64,000 nt of DNA from Macrostomum hystrix (Eukaryota; Animalia; Platyhelminthes), in the NCBI GenBank assembly GCA_950097015.1, contig CATNEN010000024.1, positions 3,968,001 through 4,032,000 of the forward strand, written 5' to 3'. The translations under genes were made by a program, and so were the position numbers. Position 1 is the first letter of the stretch. Every line of letters starts with the position of its first letter. The notes under the pieces are model-generated. The model searched no databases and was not told the DNA's origin. It worked only from the letters and a program-made list of their open reading frames with translations. This document shows, one piece after another, positions 24,213-37,600 of this stretch.

Positions 24213-26330
24213 GCGCAATCAGTCTGATTATGCTGCACTGCGACTAGCGGGAGAATGTGGCAAAATGTCAGCTCTCAGTGGCAATATATCGTCTTCCTAC
24301 CGCCTGGCGATTGTTATATATATATATAGCTTTCCCCCTATTGTGAAGCACCAAAGAGAGAGAGAGAAGTGGCCACGCGGGCCACCACGTAGTGTGCAGT
24401 GCACGCTTGTTTTTGTATATTGATTCTGGGGAGTCTTATGGAGTTAACTACTAATGCTATGGCCCACCGCTTTGAGTTCTCCAGCTCTCTCCTAATTTCT
24501 GCTGCCTATAGGGTGTGCATTGTAGCGCTCTTCACGGGGGCCAGAAGCTGTTCATTGTCCCGCATCTGCTCATATTTCCATCATTTCTAGCCTTTCCTAT
24601 ATTCTGCTATTCTGAAGCTCAAGTCTGCATAGCTCTTGTCCTTGACAGCAGCGGAAGCGAACGAATTTTGTGCCCAAATTGGACTTCTTCGTCAATACCT
24701 TTCATTCTGTGGAAGCTGTACAGCACCAGATTGACAGGCAGACGATAGATGCTGAAGCGAGAGTCCGCGTCCTTAATTTGTTGTCAACACGCTGAAGTCT
24801 GAGCTGCATGCGGATCATATACTATGCTGGCCGATGCTTCATAAACTGGCCGATATTGCAGGGAACAGACAGGCGGGTGATCTTTATCACACACTGAGTC
24901 GAGTGTGTGATGAAGGAACTGAGGAAAATCTCAAGCCTCTCTGAGTCGAGCCTTCTGGCGGCCGGGTGAAGCTTTGAACTGCGATTGGAGCCAAACGCCA
25001 TGCACTACCGACCATAAATGTAAAAATTGCTTTGTCAGATGTCCTCCTCGATTTTGGCGCTCGATCCAGAGCACCGAGGTTGATAGACGTGGACGCTGCA
25101 GACGCGGCTGAAGCGGCAGCTGCAGGACTCGCGGCGCATTCGGCCGGGTCTGTGTGCCGCCTATAGCCTGAGCTGACGATCTTAGGGCGTTGGAAATCCT
25201 GAATTAAATGAGACTATGAAAAACTGGCGGCCACGTGATCCGGCCAGGCCAGCCCTGAAGCTTGCATGCAGGGTGGGCGCAAAATCACGGCTGGGGCTTG
25301 CAGTTATGTCATAGATATGCGTGTACACTGCACCGACATATCTGTTAATCTGCAGTTTTTCTGTACATCTTAAAAAAAGAATGTTTTATAGCCAGTTATA
25401 AAATTCTTTTAGTACGCAGTTTATTCGGTTGGACTCTTGAAAAATATCACAAAAAAATTTACTTGCATGAATAAAATCGCTGATGGATATGCGATCCTAA
25501 TTTGATCATACCCAATCCAAAATAATCCAAAATAGGCCAGCAGTAATACATCCAATATGTCCAATGTTAAGTATATCCAATATTTAAATGCCTTCTCTGC
25601 TCTCAGAAAGGAAATTTCATAAAAACCTGACCCATTTTCACTAATGTTTCGTTCTAACTTCGGATTATAACATGCAAAAAGTGGGCATGTACATCGGTGT
25701 ATAACTGGCGATTGTATCATATGAGCGGTCATTAACATGTTAGAAGTTGCGTTAATGCTAAAATGTGGCATGTACATCGGTTTATAACATGTTAGATGTT
25801 GCGTTAATGCCTACTTTAACCTTGAAGTAATCCTAATAGAAAGCCCCTTACTAGCAGTGTAGCAATAAGAAAAATGCCTACTTTTTAACTAGCTATTTGT
25901 AGTTTAACTGTGCTAGCTATCGGTAATATTAATATTTTGTGTAGCTCGCTATAGCAATATAAATATAATTTCTTGTCATTTATTTTATTATTTCTTGGAA
26001 TAAGAATATTTTACACGCAACATCTAACATGTTATAGATCGATGCAAATGCGTCCTTTTGCATGTTATATCGCGATGTTAGAACGAAACAGCCCTGATAT
26101 TTTTACGTGTTCCAGTAGTCAGCTTTTTCCGAGGGCCAAGCAGTTAAATGAATACAAAATTTTAAATTCCTACTTCATCACTCTACTGATCTACAAAGAA
26201 ACGGCGTACGTTTTTTAAACCTAACTGTGAGAAAAAACTTTCTATTTTAAAAGATAATTACCCTTCAAAAAACAAAGCAAAATTATTTAAAGCCGAATTT
26301 TTTCATTTGCTGACCACAACAACTAATCTT

Positions 26331-26372
26331 CTATTGGCCTTAAGTTCATCCAATCAGCGCAGTGACGCTCAT
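26331..26372. promoter_or_regulatory. Candidate NF-YA promoter: two CCAAT boxes plus a TGACG motif
   Basis: ATTGG at 26333-26337, CCAATCAG at 26350-26357, then AGTGACGC. About 0.9 kb upstream of the NF-YA ATG. TSS not known. Confidence 0.45.
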
Positions 26373-27244
26373 GTGTAGTTTCTGAGAAAGGCGCTTATTT
26401 TTGCAAGTACTTTTTTTAGCAGCATATGTGAGCATCATGACATAGTTTAATAATCGTTATGGACTTTAGGAATGTAGAGAAAATTATTAATTCAGAAGCT
26501 ATCAGGCTCTTCACGCTCCCTGGCACTGGCTATTTCCATTTATGTAGTGTTTTGTTGTTATTGTATTGATTTCACTTCAGGAAAATTCTAATGCATAATT
26601 TATATAATACACTAGCAAAACTTAATAACTTAAAAAGCTGCCACCACACTGTCACGAAAAGAGACATAGTATTTATGTTATCTATATATATATATATTCT
26701 TTTCTAACTTCCTCCATACAAATCGTGGTTTAAAAGGCAACATTTCTTTTGGCTTTGTTTATGCCTATACTGGATGGGACCTCAAAGTGTAGCAAAATCT
26801 ATATGGGTTTTATCATTATATTGTGTTGGCATAGTGAGTGTCTTCTTGGTATTCTTAGGACTTGCATGTGTTGTTGTTTTTGTTAGTGATTAAATTATAA
26901 TTGACAAATAGGAGGTGAAATAATTTTTATGACTAGTAATTTTTGTTTTTTACTATAAAAATAAAAAATTAGCAAATAGACGAAGTATTTAAAGTATGAA
27001 AAATTCATTGGTTGCACCTATGATCAAATGTTTTTCTGAATTTGCTATGTGTGTGCTTTTAGACTAAGTTATTTTAAAAAGGCGTCTATAATTTACTTAA
27101 TTTTATCATCTATATTAATTGAAATTTAAGGATATTACAATCAGTTGTATGAACTTCTAAGCTAAATTTTCTACTTTATAGAATCCACACTTCTCTGGAA
27201 CATTCACTTGGCTTTGAGAGCAAGTCAACCAATATTCAGTCAAG

Positions 27245-28888
27245 ATGTTGGGCACACAGCAGCAGCAACAGCAGCAGATTATTCAGGTTCCAATGGCATA
27301 TGGTCCATCTAGTGCAGTACACATTGATGCCAGCTCACTGCAGCAGCCACAGCAGCAGCAACAGGTATTGGCACTGCAGACAGCTAATGGCCAAATAATA
27401 CACCTGCCTGTTCAGTGTACCACTGGGCCTGATGGCCAGCTAGTTTTAGTGGTGTCCCAAACTACTTTGGCTGCTACGCCTCAGCCTCCACCTCAGCTAG
27501 TCCAGGCCACCCAGCTGCATCATCACCAGGTTCATCAGCAGATGCAGGTAAAAGCTCAAACTAGACTTTTTCAATAACCCTTTGGTCCTTTTTACCAATC
27601 ATGTACACTCAGTTGACTGAACCAACTAACCAACAAAACCATTCAAGGTGTCTTCGGGCTCGCCTGCCCCAGCCGCCGCTGTCATAGTCTCCTCGTCGTC
27701 CTCCAGCAAGCCGCAGCAGTTGGCAGTTCCGCCAGTTTCCCCCGCCGCCAAGACAATTGAAGCGGACTCGCTGGCCGCTGCGGCAACAGCCGGAATCGAG
27801 GAGCTGCATCAGGCGGAGACAATGTCGCAGGCCGACGATGCGCTGGCATCCGGAGAGGAGCCGCTATACGTCAATGCCAAGCAGTATCACCGCATTCTGA
27901 AAAGAAGGGCTGCCAGGTTTGTCCTCTAGTATAATTTGTCTGTATTATTGGCCCACCAATAGTTCTATTGTAATCATCGGTCATTGGCCCACACCAATAG
28001 TTCTATTGTAATCATCGGTCATCGGCCCACACCAATAGTTCTATTGTAATCATCGGTCATTGGTCCACACCAATAGTTCTATTGTAATCATCGGTCATTG
28101 GCCCACATCAATAGTTCTATTGTAATCATCGGTCATTGGCCCACACCAATAGTTCTATTGTAATCATCGGTCATTGGCCCACACCAATAGTTCTATTGTA
28201 ATCATCAGTCATTGGCCCACATCAATAGTTCTATTGTAATCATCGGTCATTGGCCCACACCAATAGTTCTATTGTAATCATCGGTCATTGGCCGACATCA
28301 ATAGTTCTATTGTAATCATCGGTCATTGGCCCACATCAATAGTTGTATTGTAATCATCGGTCATTGGCCCACACCAATAGTTCCATTGTAATCATCGGTC
28401 ATTGGCCCACACCAATAGTTCTATTGTAATCATCGGTCATTGGCCCACACCAATAGTTCTATTGTAATCATCGGTCATTGGCCCACACCAATAGTTCTAT
28501 TGTAATCATCGGTCATTAGCCCACACCAATAGTTCTATTGTAATCATCGGTCATTGGCCCACACCAATAGTTCTATTGTAATCATCGGTCATTGGCCCAC
28601 ACCAATAGTTCTATTGTAATCATCGGTCATTAGCCCACACCAATAGTTCTATTGTAATCATCGGTAATTGGCCCACACCAATAGTTCCATTGTAATCATC
28701 GGTAATTGGCCCACACCAATAGTTCTATTGTAATCATCTCCCGCAGGGCAAAGCTTGAAGCTGAGGGTCGCATACCCAAGGAGCGGCAGAAGTACTTACA
28801 CGAGTCGCGTCACAAGCACGCCATGAATAGGCAGCGCGGAGCTGGCGGCCGGTTCTATTCGGTTGGCGATCAGCCCGGTCAGGAATAA
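27245..28888 (+). CDS. NFYA: Nuclear transcription factor Y subunit alpha (CCAAT-binding), 3 coding exons, 237 aa
   Basis: Exons 27245-27547, 27648-27916, 28747-28888, phases 0 and 2, total 714 nt. Q-rich N-terminus and core [21 protein letters not shown]|[36 protein letters not shown]. Confidence 0.97.
27948..28738 (+). repeat. 38-bp minisatellite (TTGGCCCACACCAATAGTTCTATTGTAATCATCGGTCA) x ~21 filling NF-YA intron 2
   Basis: Units start every 38 bp from 27984 to 28706. The last unit runs directly into the acceptor (GTAATCATCTCCCGCAG). Confidence 0.98.
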
Positions 28889-29425
28889 ATCGCCTCTAAC
28901 AATGTTCTGACTCTCTGGTTTTGATCAATCAAATCAGATTGAGTTTTAGAGTGGACCTGGGCCTTTAATTCAGATGAAAGTGAGATGTTTCCCATTTCCT
29001 ATTTAGTATTTCCACTGTTCTTGTTCTAGGTTTTCTCGTTCTCCTCGTTCTCCTAGTATTTTTCAGATTATTGTCCTATCTCTAGATTTCTTCCATTGTC
29101 CTACTTCTAGAATCTAAACATCTAATTATAGATTTATTTCAATAATCAAACATTTTATTCCTCATATTTTTGGAATTTTAATTAAATAGACACAATGCCG
29201 CGTTGAAATATTTGCCAACTTCTGCCAACAACCCCATCTTTCTTACATCGAATTACCTATTCGTATTATGGGAGCCTTGAAATCGTATGATTTTGAGTCT
29301 AGAAGTCAAAGTCAAGTTTCTTTACGTGTCCGAAATCACAGAACCTGTTGATTGTGTTCTCTAAAACAATTTTTCCGTTCGCTTACCAGAGCAGCTTTAA
29401 AACAATGCTGAATTGTGTACTTGGT

Positions 29426-29464
29426 TTGTTTGTTTGTTTGTTTGTTTGTTTGTTTGTTTGTTTG
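29426..29464 (+). repeat. (TTTG)n microsatellite
   Basis: Direct reading. Confidence 0.95.
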
Positions 29465-29689
29465 TTGCGTTAGCAAATTGGCTATGCTTTGTCATCTTCT
29501 GTGGTACTGCTTTTTATTAAGTTATAGCATCTCTTCTGTAAATCAGTGCGTCTGCCTTTTCTACCTGTTCATCGCTATTGCCACTCTCCGCATATGCACT
29601 CGTCACAGCATTTTTCCTCCTCAACCCTGCCATCACTAGAAGTCAAAGAGTTCATTTTATATCTTACAAAATAGCATTGCCGTGAATGC

Positions 29690-31655
29690 AACAATATTCG
29701 ATTAAACAAACTACTAGACTCCGATATTCGATTCGACAAATTCCTAGAATCCGATATTCGATTCGACAGATTCCTAGAATCCGATATTCGATTCGACAAA
29801 TTCCTAGAATCCGATATTCGATTCGACAGATTCCTAGAATCCGATATTCGATTCGACAAATTCCTAGAATCCGATATTCGATTCGAAAGATTCCTAGAAT
29901 CCAATATTCGATTCGACAGATTCCTAGAATCCAATATTCGATTCGACAAATTCCTAGAATCCAATATTCGATTCGACAGATTCCTAGAATCCAATATTCG
30001 ATTCAACAAAATCCTAGACTCCGATATTCGATTCGACAAATTCCTAGAATCCGATATTCGATTCGACAGATTCCTAGAATCCAATATTCGATTCAACAAA
30101 ATCCTAGAATCCGATATTCGATTCGACAGATTCCTAGAATCCAATATTCGATTCAACATAATCCTAGAATCCGATATTCGATTCGACAGATTCCTAGAAT
30201 CCGATATTCGATTCGACAAATTCCTAGAATCCGATATTCGATTCGAAAGATTCCTAGAATCCAATATTCGATTCAACAAAATCCTAGAATCCGATATTCG
30301 ATTCGACAGATTCCTAGAATCCAATATTCGATTCGACAAAATCCTAGAATCCGATATTCGATTCGAAAGATTCCTAGAATCCAATATTCGATTCAACAAA
30401 ATCCTAGAATCCGATATTCGATTCGACAGATTCCTAGAATCCAATATTCGATTCGACAAATTCCTAGAATCCAATATTCGATTCGACAGATTCCTAGAAT
30501 CCAATATTCGATTCAACAAAATCCTAGACTCCGATATTCGATTCGACAAATTCCTAGAATCCGATATTCGATTCGAAAGATTCCTAGAATCCAATATTCG
30601 ATTCAACAAAATCCTAGAATCCGATATTCGATTCGACAGATTCCTAGAATCCAATATTCGATTCGACAAAATCCTAGAATCCGATATTCGATTCGACAAA
30701 TTCCTAGAATCCGATATTCGATTCAACAAAATCCTAGAATCCGATATTCGATTCGACAAATTCCTAGAATCCAATATTCAATTCGAAAAATTCCTAGAAT
30801 CCAATATTCGATTCGACAGATTCCTAGAATCCAACATTCGATTCGACAAATTCCTAAAACCCGATATTCGTTTCGACAAATTCCTAGAATCCGATATTCG
30901 ATTCGAAAAATTCCTAGAATCCAATATTTGATTAAACAAACTACTAGACTCTGATATTCGATTCGCAAAATTCCTAGAATCCAATATTCGATTCGAAAAA
31001 TTCCTAGAATCCGATATTCGATTCGACAAATTCCTAGAATCCAATATTCGATTCGACAAATTCCTAGAATCCGATATTCGATTCGACAGATTCCTAGAAT
31101 CCAATATTCGATTCAACAAAATCCTAGAATCCGATATTCGATTCGACAGATTCCTAGAATCCAATATTTGATTCGACAAATTCCTAGAATCCGATATTCG
31201 ATTCGAAAGATTCCTAGAATCCGATATTCGATTCAACAAAATCCTAGAATCCGATATTCGATTCGACAGATTCCTAGAATCCGATATTCGATTCGACAAA
31301 TTCCTAGAATCCGATATTCGATTCGAAAGATTCCTAGAATCCGATATTCGATTCAACAAAATCCTAGAATCCGATATTCGATTCGACAGATTCCTAGAAT
31401 CCAATATTTGATTCGACAAATACCTAGAATCCAATATTCGATTCGACAAATTCCTAGAATCCGATATTCGATTCGACAGATTCCTAGAATCCAATATTCG
31501 ATTCGACAGATTCCTAGAATCCGATATTCGATTCGACAGATTCCTAGAATCCAATATTCGATTCGACAGATTCCTAGAATCCAATATTCGATTTGACAAA
31601 TTCCTAGAATCCAATATTCGATTTGACAAATTCCTAGAATCCAATATTCAATTCG
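29690..31655 (+). repeat. 30-bp minisatellite (ATTCGACAAATTCCTAGAATCCGATATTCG)n, ~65 units
   Basis: Unit read directly. The variant ATTAAACAAACTACTAGACT recurs at 29701 and 30931, 1230 bp (41 units) apart. Confidence 0.98.
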
Positions 31656-32204
31656 AGGAGTTTTCTGCTGTGTAGCATTTCGAAAACGTGAAATTTATTA
31701 TAATTTAACTTTACTCGATAACAAAAAAATTCCGAAATGTAGTTCGACGAATCCTATTTGTTTAAATGCTTGAATGTCGGAATTCCCTAGAATGCCCATT
31801 TCGATTCCTCGTATTGCCATTTTTGATCTCCCAAATTTGCCGAAATGAATAGTTTTGCTGTATTTCTGCTATATTGATCACACCCACTTAGCACACACAT
31901 TTATTTAATGGTATCTTGTTTTTAGCGATCTGTCTATACCTTCATCTTTGTATGTTTCTTAATCTGTTATATATTTATACATACATTCATTTACATTTTC
32001 TATTTGCTTTTTTGCGAGAATCATCTATCTGTTATCACTGTGTTTGATAACCCTATATAAAGTTGCATATATTTATCGGCTTACACAACTGAAATTAGTC
32101 CAACAGTTTAATTGCACATTTGTGATAAGCTTCATATTTAATTATTTACTTTATTTCATTTTCTGACTCCTAAGATAATCTTGAGCCAGGGGAAAAAACG
32201 GCCA

Positions 32205-32955
32205 ACCACTGAAGACCTGAGGCTATAACAGCCATCAACTGAAGACCTGAGGCAATAACAGCCATCAACTGAAGACCTGAGGCTATAACAGCCATCAACT
32301 GAAGACCTGAGGCAATAACAGCCATCAACTGAAGACCTGAGGCAATAACAGCCATCAACTGAAGACCTGAGGCTATAACAGCCATCAACTGAAGACCTGA
32401 GGCAATAACAGCCATCAACTGAAGACCTGAGGCTATTTATAACAGCCATCAACTGAAGACCTGAGGCTATTTATAACAGCCATCAACTGAAGACCTGAGG
32501 CTAATTATAACAGCCATCAACTGAAGACCTGAGGCTATTTATAACAGCCATCAACTGAAGACCTGAGGCTAATTATAACAGCCATCAACTGAAGACCTGA
32601 GGCTAATTATAACAGCCATCAACTGAAGACCTGAGGCTATTTATAACAGCCATCAACTGAAGACCTGAGGCTATTTATAACAGCCATCAACTGAAGACCT
32701 GAGGCTATTTATAACAGCCATCAACTGAAGACCTGAGGCTATAACAGCCATCAACTGAAGACCTGAGGCAATAACAGCCATCAACTGAAGACCTGAGGCT
32801 ATTTATAACAGCCATCAACTGAAGACCTGAGGCAATATCAGCCATCAACTGAAGACCTGAGGCTATTTATAACAGCCATCAACTGAAGACCTGAGGCTAT
32901 TTATAACAGCCATCAACTGAAGACCTGAGGCTAATTATAACAGCCATCAACTGAA
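32205..32955 (+). repeat. 30/35-bp minisatellite (GCTATAACAGCCATCAACTGAAGACCTGAG, plus a 5-bp insertion variant)
   Basis: 30-bp units first, then a switch to 35-bp units after ~32425. Confidence 0.97.
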
Positions 32956-33544
32956 GAACTGAAACTGTATTTAATTAGACAATTCGAAGCTTGCTGTGCG
33001 AATTTGAAGTGGAACGGCAGCTAGAAAAATGCAGCTTTTCTTTCTGTCATAATGGTTTGATGAAAAAAAGAAGTATGAAGAAACTGAAGTATTGAAGCCA
33101 AAAAGCTGATTATTTCTTTATTCTGGAAGCATTTAATTATTTTCAAAGAGTTTTTACGCATATTAAATAATAAAATATCGGAGCAAAAAAACAAGAACTG
33201 CCTAAAGTAATAACTATTCAAATATTTACCTTTTTCCATTAACAAAAAACCCTACTTCATTTTTGTAGCAGTCTAAATTGCACTTTCGTTAATAATATGC
33301 TAGGCTGAAACAAGAAGCCAGTAACTAAAAAACTAATCAATAAAAATTTGTCACAAGTTGGCTGTCAGAAAGTAATTAAAATAATACGTTTTCTAATCGA
33401 TTTAAAAAGTGAAACATAGGATAGAGATTCTAAGAATAAAGAAACTCACATTTACTGTACAGTGATTGTGCAGAAAAGACTCATCCAGATCGAATTAAAC
33501 TACATGAAAGTTTCTCTGTTTCAACTTAATATCGGCTCTACAAT

Positions 33545-34185
33545 CGCACCTGCCATCCACCATAACAGCCACAGATCCAGCACTTGTCATCCACCATAAC
33601 AGCCACTGATCCAGCACCTGTCATCCACCGTAACAGCCACTGATCCAGCACCTGTCATCCACCATAACAGCCACTGATCCAGCACCTGTCATCCACCGTA
33701 ACAGCCACTGATCCAGCACTTGTCATCCACCGTAACAGCCACTGATCCGGCACCTGTCATCCACCATAACAGCCACTGATCCAGCACTTGTCATCCACCG
33801 TAACAGCCACTGATCCAGCACCTGTCATCCACCGTAACAGCCACTGATCCAGCACCTGCCATCCACCATAACAGCCACTGATCTGGCACCTGTCATCCAC
33901 CATAACAGCCACTGATCCGGCACCTGCCATCCACCATAACAGCCACTGATCCAGCACCTGTCATCCACCATAACAGCCACTGATCCAGCACCTGCCATCC
34001 ACCATAACAGCCACTGATCCAGCACCTGCCATCCACCATAACAGCCACTGATCTGGCACCTGTCATCCACCATAACAGCCACTGATCCGGCACCTGTCAT
34101 CCACCATAACAGCCACTGATCTGGCACCTGTCATCCACCATAACAGCCACTGATCCGGCACCTGCCATCCACCATAACAGCCACT
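33545..34185 (+). repeat. 34-bp minisatellite (CCACCATAACAGCCACTGATCCAGCACCTGTCAT) x ~19
   Basis: Direct reading. Confidence 0.97.
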
Positions 34186-34694
34186 TATTAAAGCTAGGCT
34201 CATGGAGGGAAATGACTTGAAATTATTTAATACTAGACATGTTTTAGTAAATAAGCATTAAAGGCAAGCGCATTAATTCTTGATAAAAACTACTTGTATC
34301 TTTAAAATTTGTTACAAAACAAATTTTTCTATCCCTGATTAATAAACTGACTCAGTTGTACTCTAGACAAGGCAAGGATCGCAGCTAAATGTTCGTGCAC
34401 AACTTTTTAAAGCAAAAACACCATTGCGAGTAGAGAGTTTTTAGCCGAAATAAAAAAAAGAAGTAAATCTTTTACGAATATCCTATCTTCAATACAAGTA
34501 AAACGGGAAAATTCTCATGAAATATGAGTGAAGCAGCTTGCAATGTGACCAACAACATGAAGCCGTAATGAATTGTAAAAAACATTTGCAACCAAAAATA
34601 TTCTCGATTAATTTTTACCCCCACCAAGAAAAACGCAGCTAGATTTCAGTTGACTGATTCATTGGTTAAAAAATATTTCAAAAATATGCTTCAA

Positions 34695-37600
34695 TTATTT
34701 TGCCTTCTCGGCCTCTCCTTCTGCTGCTGCTGCTGCTGCAGGTGGAGGCGGCGGCGGCGCCTCGTTCTTCTTGCCCAATATGTCCATCAGCTCGGCGGAC
34801 ATGTAGTAGGGCTTCTCAGCGGAGCCATCGTTTCTCTCCAGGTCTTCAACTGCGAAATCGCGTGTCGTGGACGATGATAAATCAGTTGATTTACTCTCTT
34901 GACCAACGTCAGAATGTTCTTCATATTCTCTTTCCACTCTTCTCCTCTCTCCACTCTTCTCCTCTCCCTCCACTTTTCTCCTCTCCCTCCACTCTTCTCC
35001 TCTCACTTCACTATTCTCCTCTCCCTCCACTATTCTCCTCTCCTTCCACTCTTCTCCTCTCACTTCACTATTCTCCTCTCCCTCCTCTATTCTCCTCTCA
35101 CTTCACTATTCTCCTCTCCCTCCACTATTCTCCTCTCCTTCCACTCTTCTCCTCTCCCTCCACAATTCTCCTCTCCCTCCACTTTTCTCCTCTCCCTCCA
35201 CTCTTCTCCTCTCTCCACTCTTCTCCTCTCCCTCCACTATTCTCCTCTCCCTCCACTATTCTCCTCTCCCTCCACTATTCTCATCTCCCTCCACTCTTCT
35301 CCTCTCACTTCACTATTCTCCTCTCCCTCCACTATTCTCATCTCCCTCCACTCTTCTCCTCTCACTTCACTATTCTCCTCTCCCTCCACTATTCTCATCT
35401 CCCTCCACAATTCTCCTCTCCCTCCACTATTCTCCTCTCTCCACTCTTCTCCTCTCCCTCCACTTTTCTCCTCTCCCTCCACTCTTCTCCTCTCTCCACT
35501 CTTCTCCTCTCCCTCCACTATTCTCCTCTCCCTCCACTATTCTCCTCTCCCTCCACTATTCTCATCTCCCTCCACTCTTCTCCTCTCACTTCACTATTCT
35601 CCTCTCCCTCCACTATTCTCATCTCCCTCCACTCTTCTCCTCTCACTTCACTATTCTCCTCTCCCTCCACTATTCTCATCTCCCTCCACAATTCTCCTCT
35701 CCCTCCACTATTCTCCTCTCCCTCCACTCTTCTCCTCTCCCTCCACAATTCTCCTCTCCCTCCACTCTTCTCCTCTCACTTCACTATTCTCCTCTCCCTC
35801 CACTATTCTCCTCTCCTTCCACTCTTCTCCTCTCCCTCCACTCTTCTCCTCTCCCTCCACTTTTCTCCTCTCCCTCCACTCTTCTCCTCTCTCCACTCTT
35901 CTCCTCTCCCTCCACTATTCTCCTCTCCCTCCACTATTCTCCTCTCCCTCCACTATTCTCATCTCCCTCCACTCTTCTCCTCTCACTTCACTATTCTCCT
36001 CTCCCTCCACTATTCTCATCTCCCTCCACTCTTCTCCTCTCACTTCACTATTCTCCTCTCCCTCCACTATTCTCATCTCCCTCCACAATTCTCCTCTCCC
36101 TCCACTATTCTCCTCTCTCCACTCTTCTCCTTTCTCTCCACTCTTCTCCTCTCCCTCCACAATTCTCCTCTCCCTCCACTTTTCTCCTCTCTCCACTCTT
36201 CTCCTTTCTCTCCACTCTTCTCCTCTCACTTCACTATTCTCCTCTCCCTCCACTTTTCTCCTCTCCCTCCACTATTCTCCTCTCTCCACTCTTCTCCTTT
36301 CTCTCCACTCTTCTCCTCTCACTTCACTATTCTCCTCTCCCTCCACTCTTCTCCTCTCTCCACTCTTCTCCTTTCTCTCCACTATTCTCTCTCTCTTCAC
36401 TCTTTTTCTTTCTCGCAATTTTCTTCTAATTATCTTCTTTTTCTCTATCTTATTTATTACTTCCTCCTGTAATTTTTTTAATGCACAATGGCATTGCAAA
36501 AGCTTACGAAAGCACAGGAAGATGGTGTCAACTCCCATGCTGTACACGGCGAAGAACAGCGAGGTGCAGAAGTAGGTGAACACAATGATCAGCTGCAATG
36601 TGAATGGCGCGTATTTAGTCATAGTTTTGAGTCTTGTATCGAGTTTTAATTAGCAGCCAGCGTAATTAAGAAATTTATTATCGCCAAAACCTGAAGCATA
36701 CTGAAAAATATTGATAAAAAGAAATATGAAAAAATATTTACTTTTAAAAACAAAAAAATGCTTAGATGAGAAAACCCGAGCCTGAAATAGAAAACTTTTT
36801 GAAAGTAGTTTTAACACGTTTCTGAGCACAACTCATGTGCTACTCAAACAGGTAAAAAGCATCCCAGTTAACTTTTTTGAAAACCTGTGCTTATTGGCTG
36901 GGACCAGTCACGTGCCTGGGGTTCAGGGTTTTTTTAAAGGGATTTCCTTATGCTAAAAATCTATAAATAGCCAGCATTCGACCACCTTGCCCAATCAGAT
37001 TTTGAATGCAGGTTTTCATGAAATTGGTAGCATTGATTTTCATATTTGAGTAGTCCTTAGCGCAGATACTCAAGCACCGATTCGCAGAACTCACAATCAC
37101 TGGCACAAAGTAATAATTCATGCCCTTTGGAGTCAGATTGCCAATCACTTCGCTCTTGCGGCCGAGAGTTCCATCGAAGAAGAAGAACGCCAGGGAGCCT
37201 TGGTTGCATGAGTTTGAGTAGCATGCGGATCAGGGTTTGCGGAGCATGCTTTTTTAAGTTTGGCTAACCGCTACAATGTGACCTCACTGAAGATACCTCT
37301 CAAAAGACGAACAAATAAAGATTCTAGAACAAAGGATGCACAGGTCATACTGCTCTAGTAGCTACTAGTAAGTAGTACGTGTTATTTGCGGATTGGTTTG
37401 ATAAAAATGTTGTCTACAGTGAACAACGTGCATTTAGTTTGATTCAGCTCATTATTCAGGCAGCAATTTACACTACAAGGACAAAACATATTCCGTTTTT
37501 TGAATGTAAAAATCATGCTTTAAATGTCACTTGAAGTTCTGCTGAATTCAATTTCAATCGATAAAAAACGTACAAAAATGACAAAGAAGTGAAATTCGCC

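Noticed and set aside
24700-25200. GC-rich stretch between GT32 and NF-YA that looks coding
   Set aside because: No sustained ORF, splice structure or recognisable motif; possibly a decayed TE but not supportable.
29575-31644. 399-422-aa repeat ORFs (LRR-like or IRQIPRIRYS)
   Set aside because: Artefacts of the 30-bp array, open on both strands.
27948-34185. Regular arrays considered as CRISPR-like
   Set aside because: The units are contiguous with no unique spacers, there are no cas genes, and the context is eukaryotic.
34700-36575. 558-590-aa Ser/Pro/Leu-rich + strand ORFs
   Set aside because: Translation of the C/T low-complexity intron antisense to CTL.
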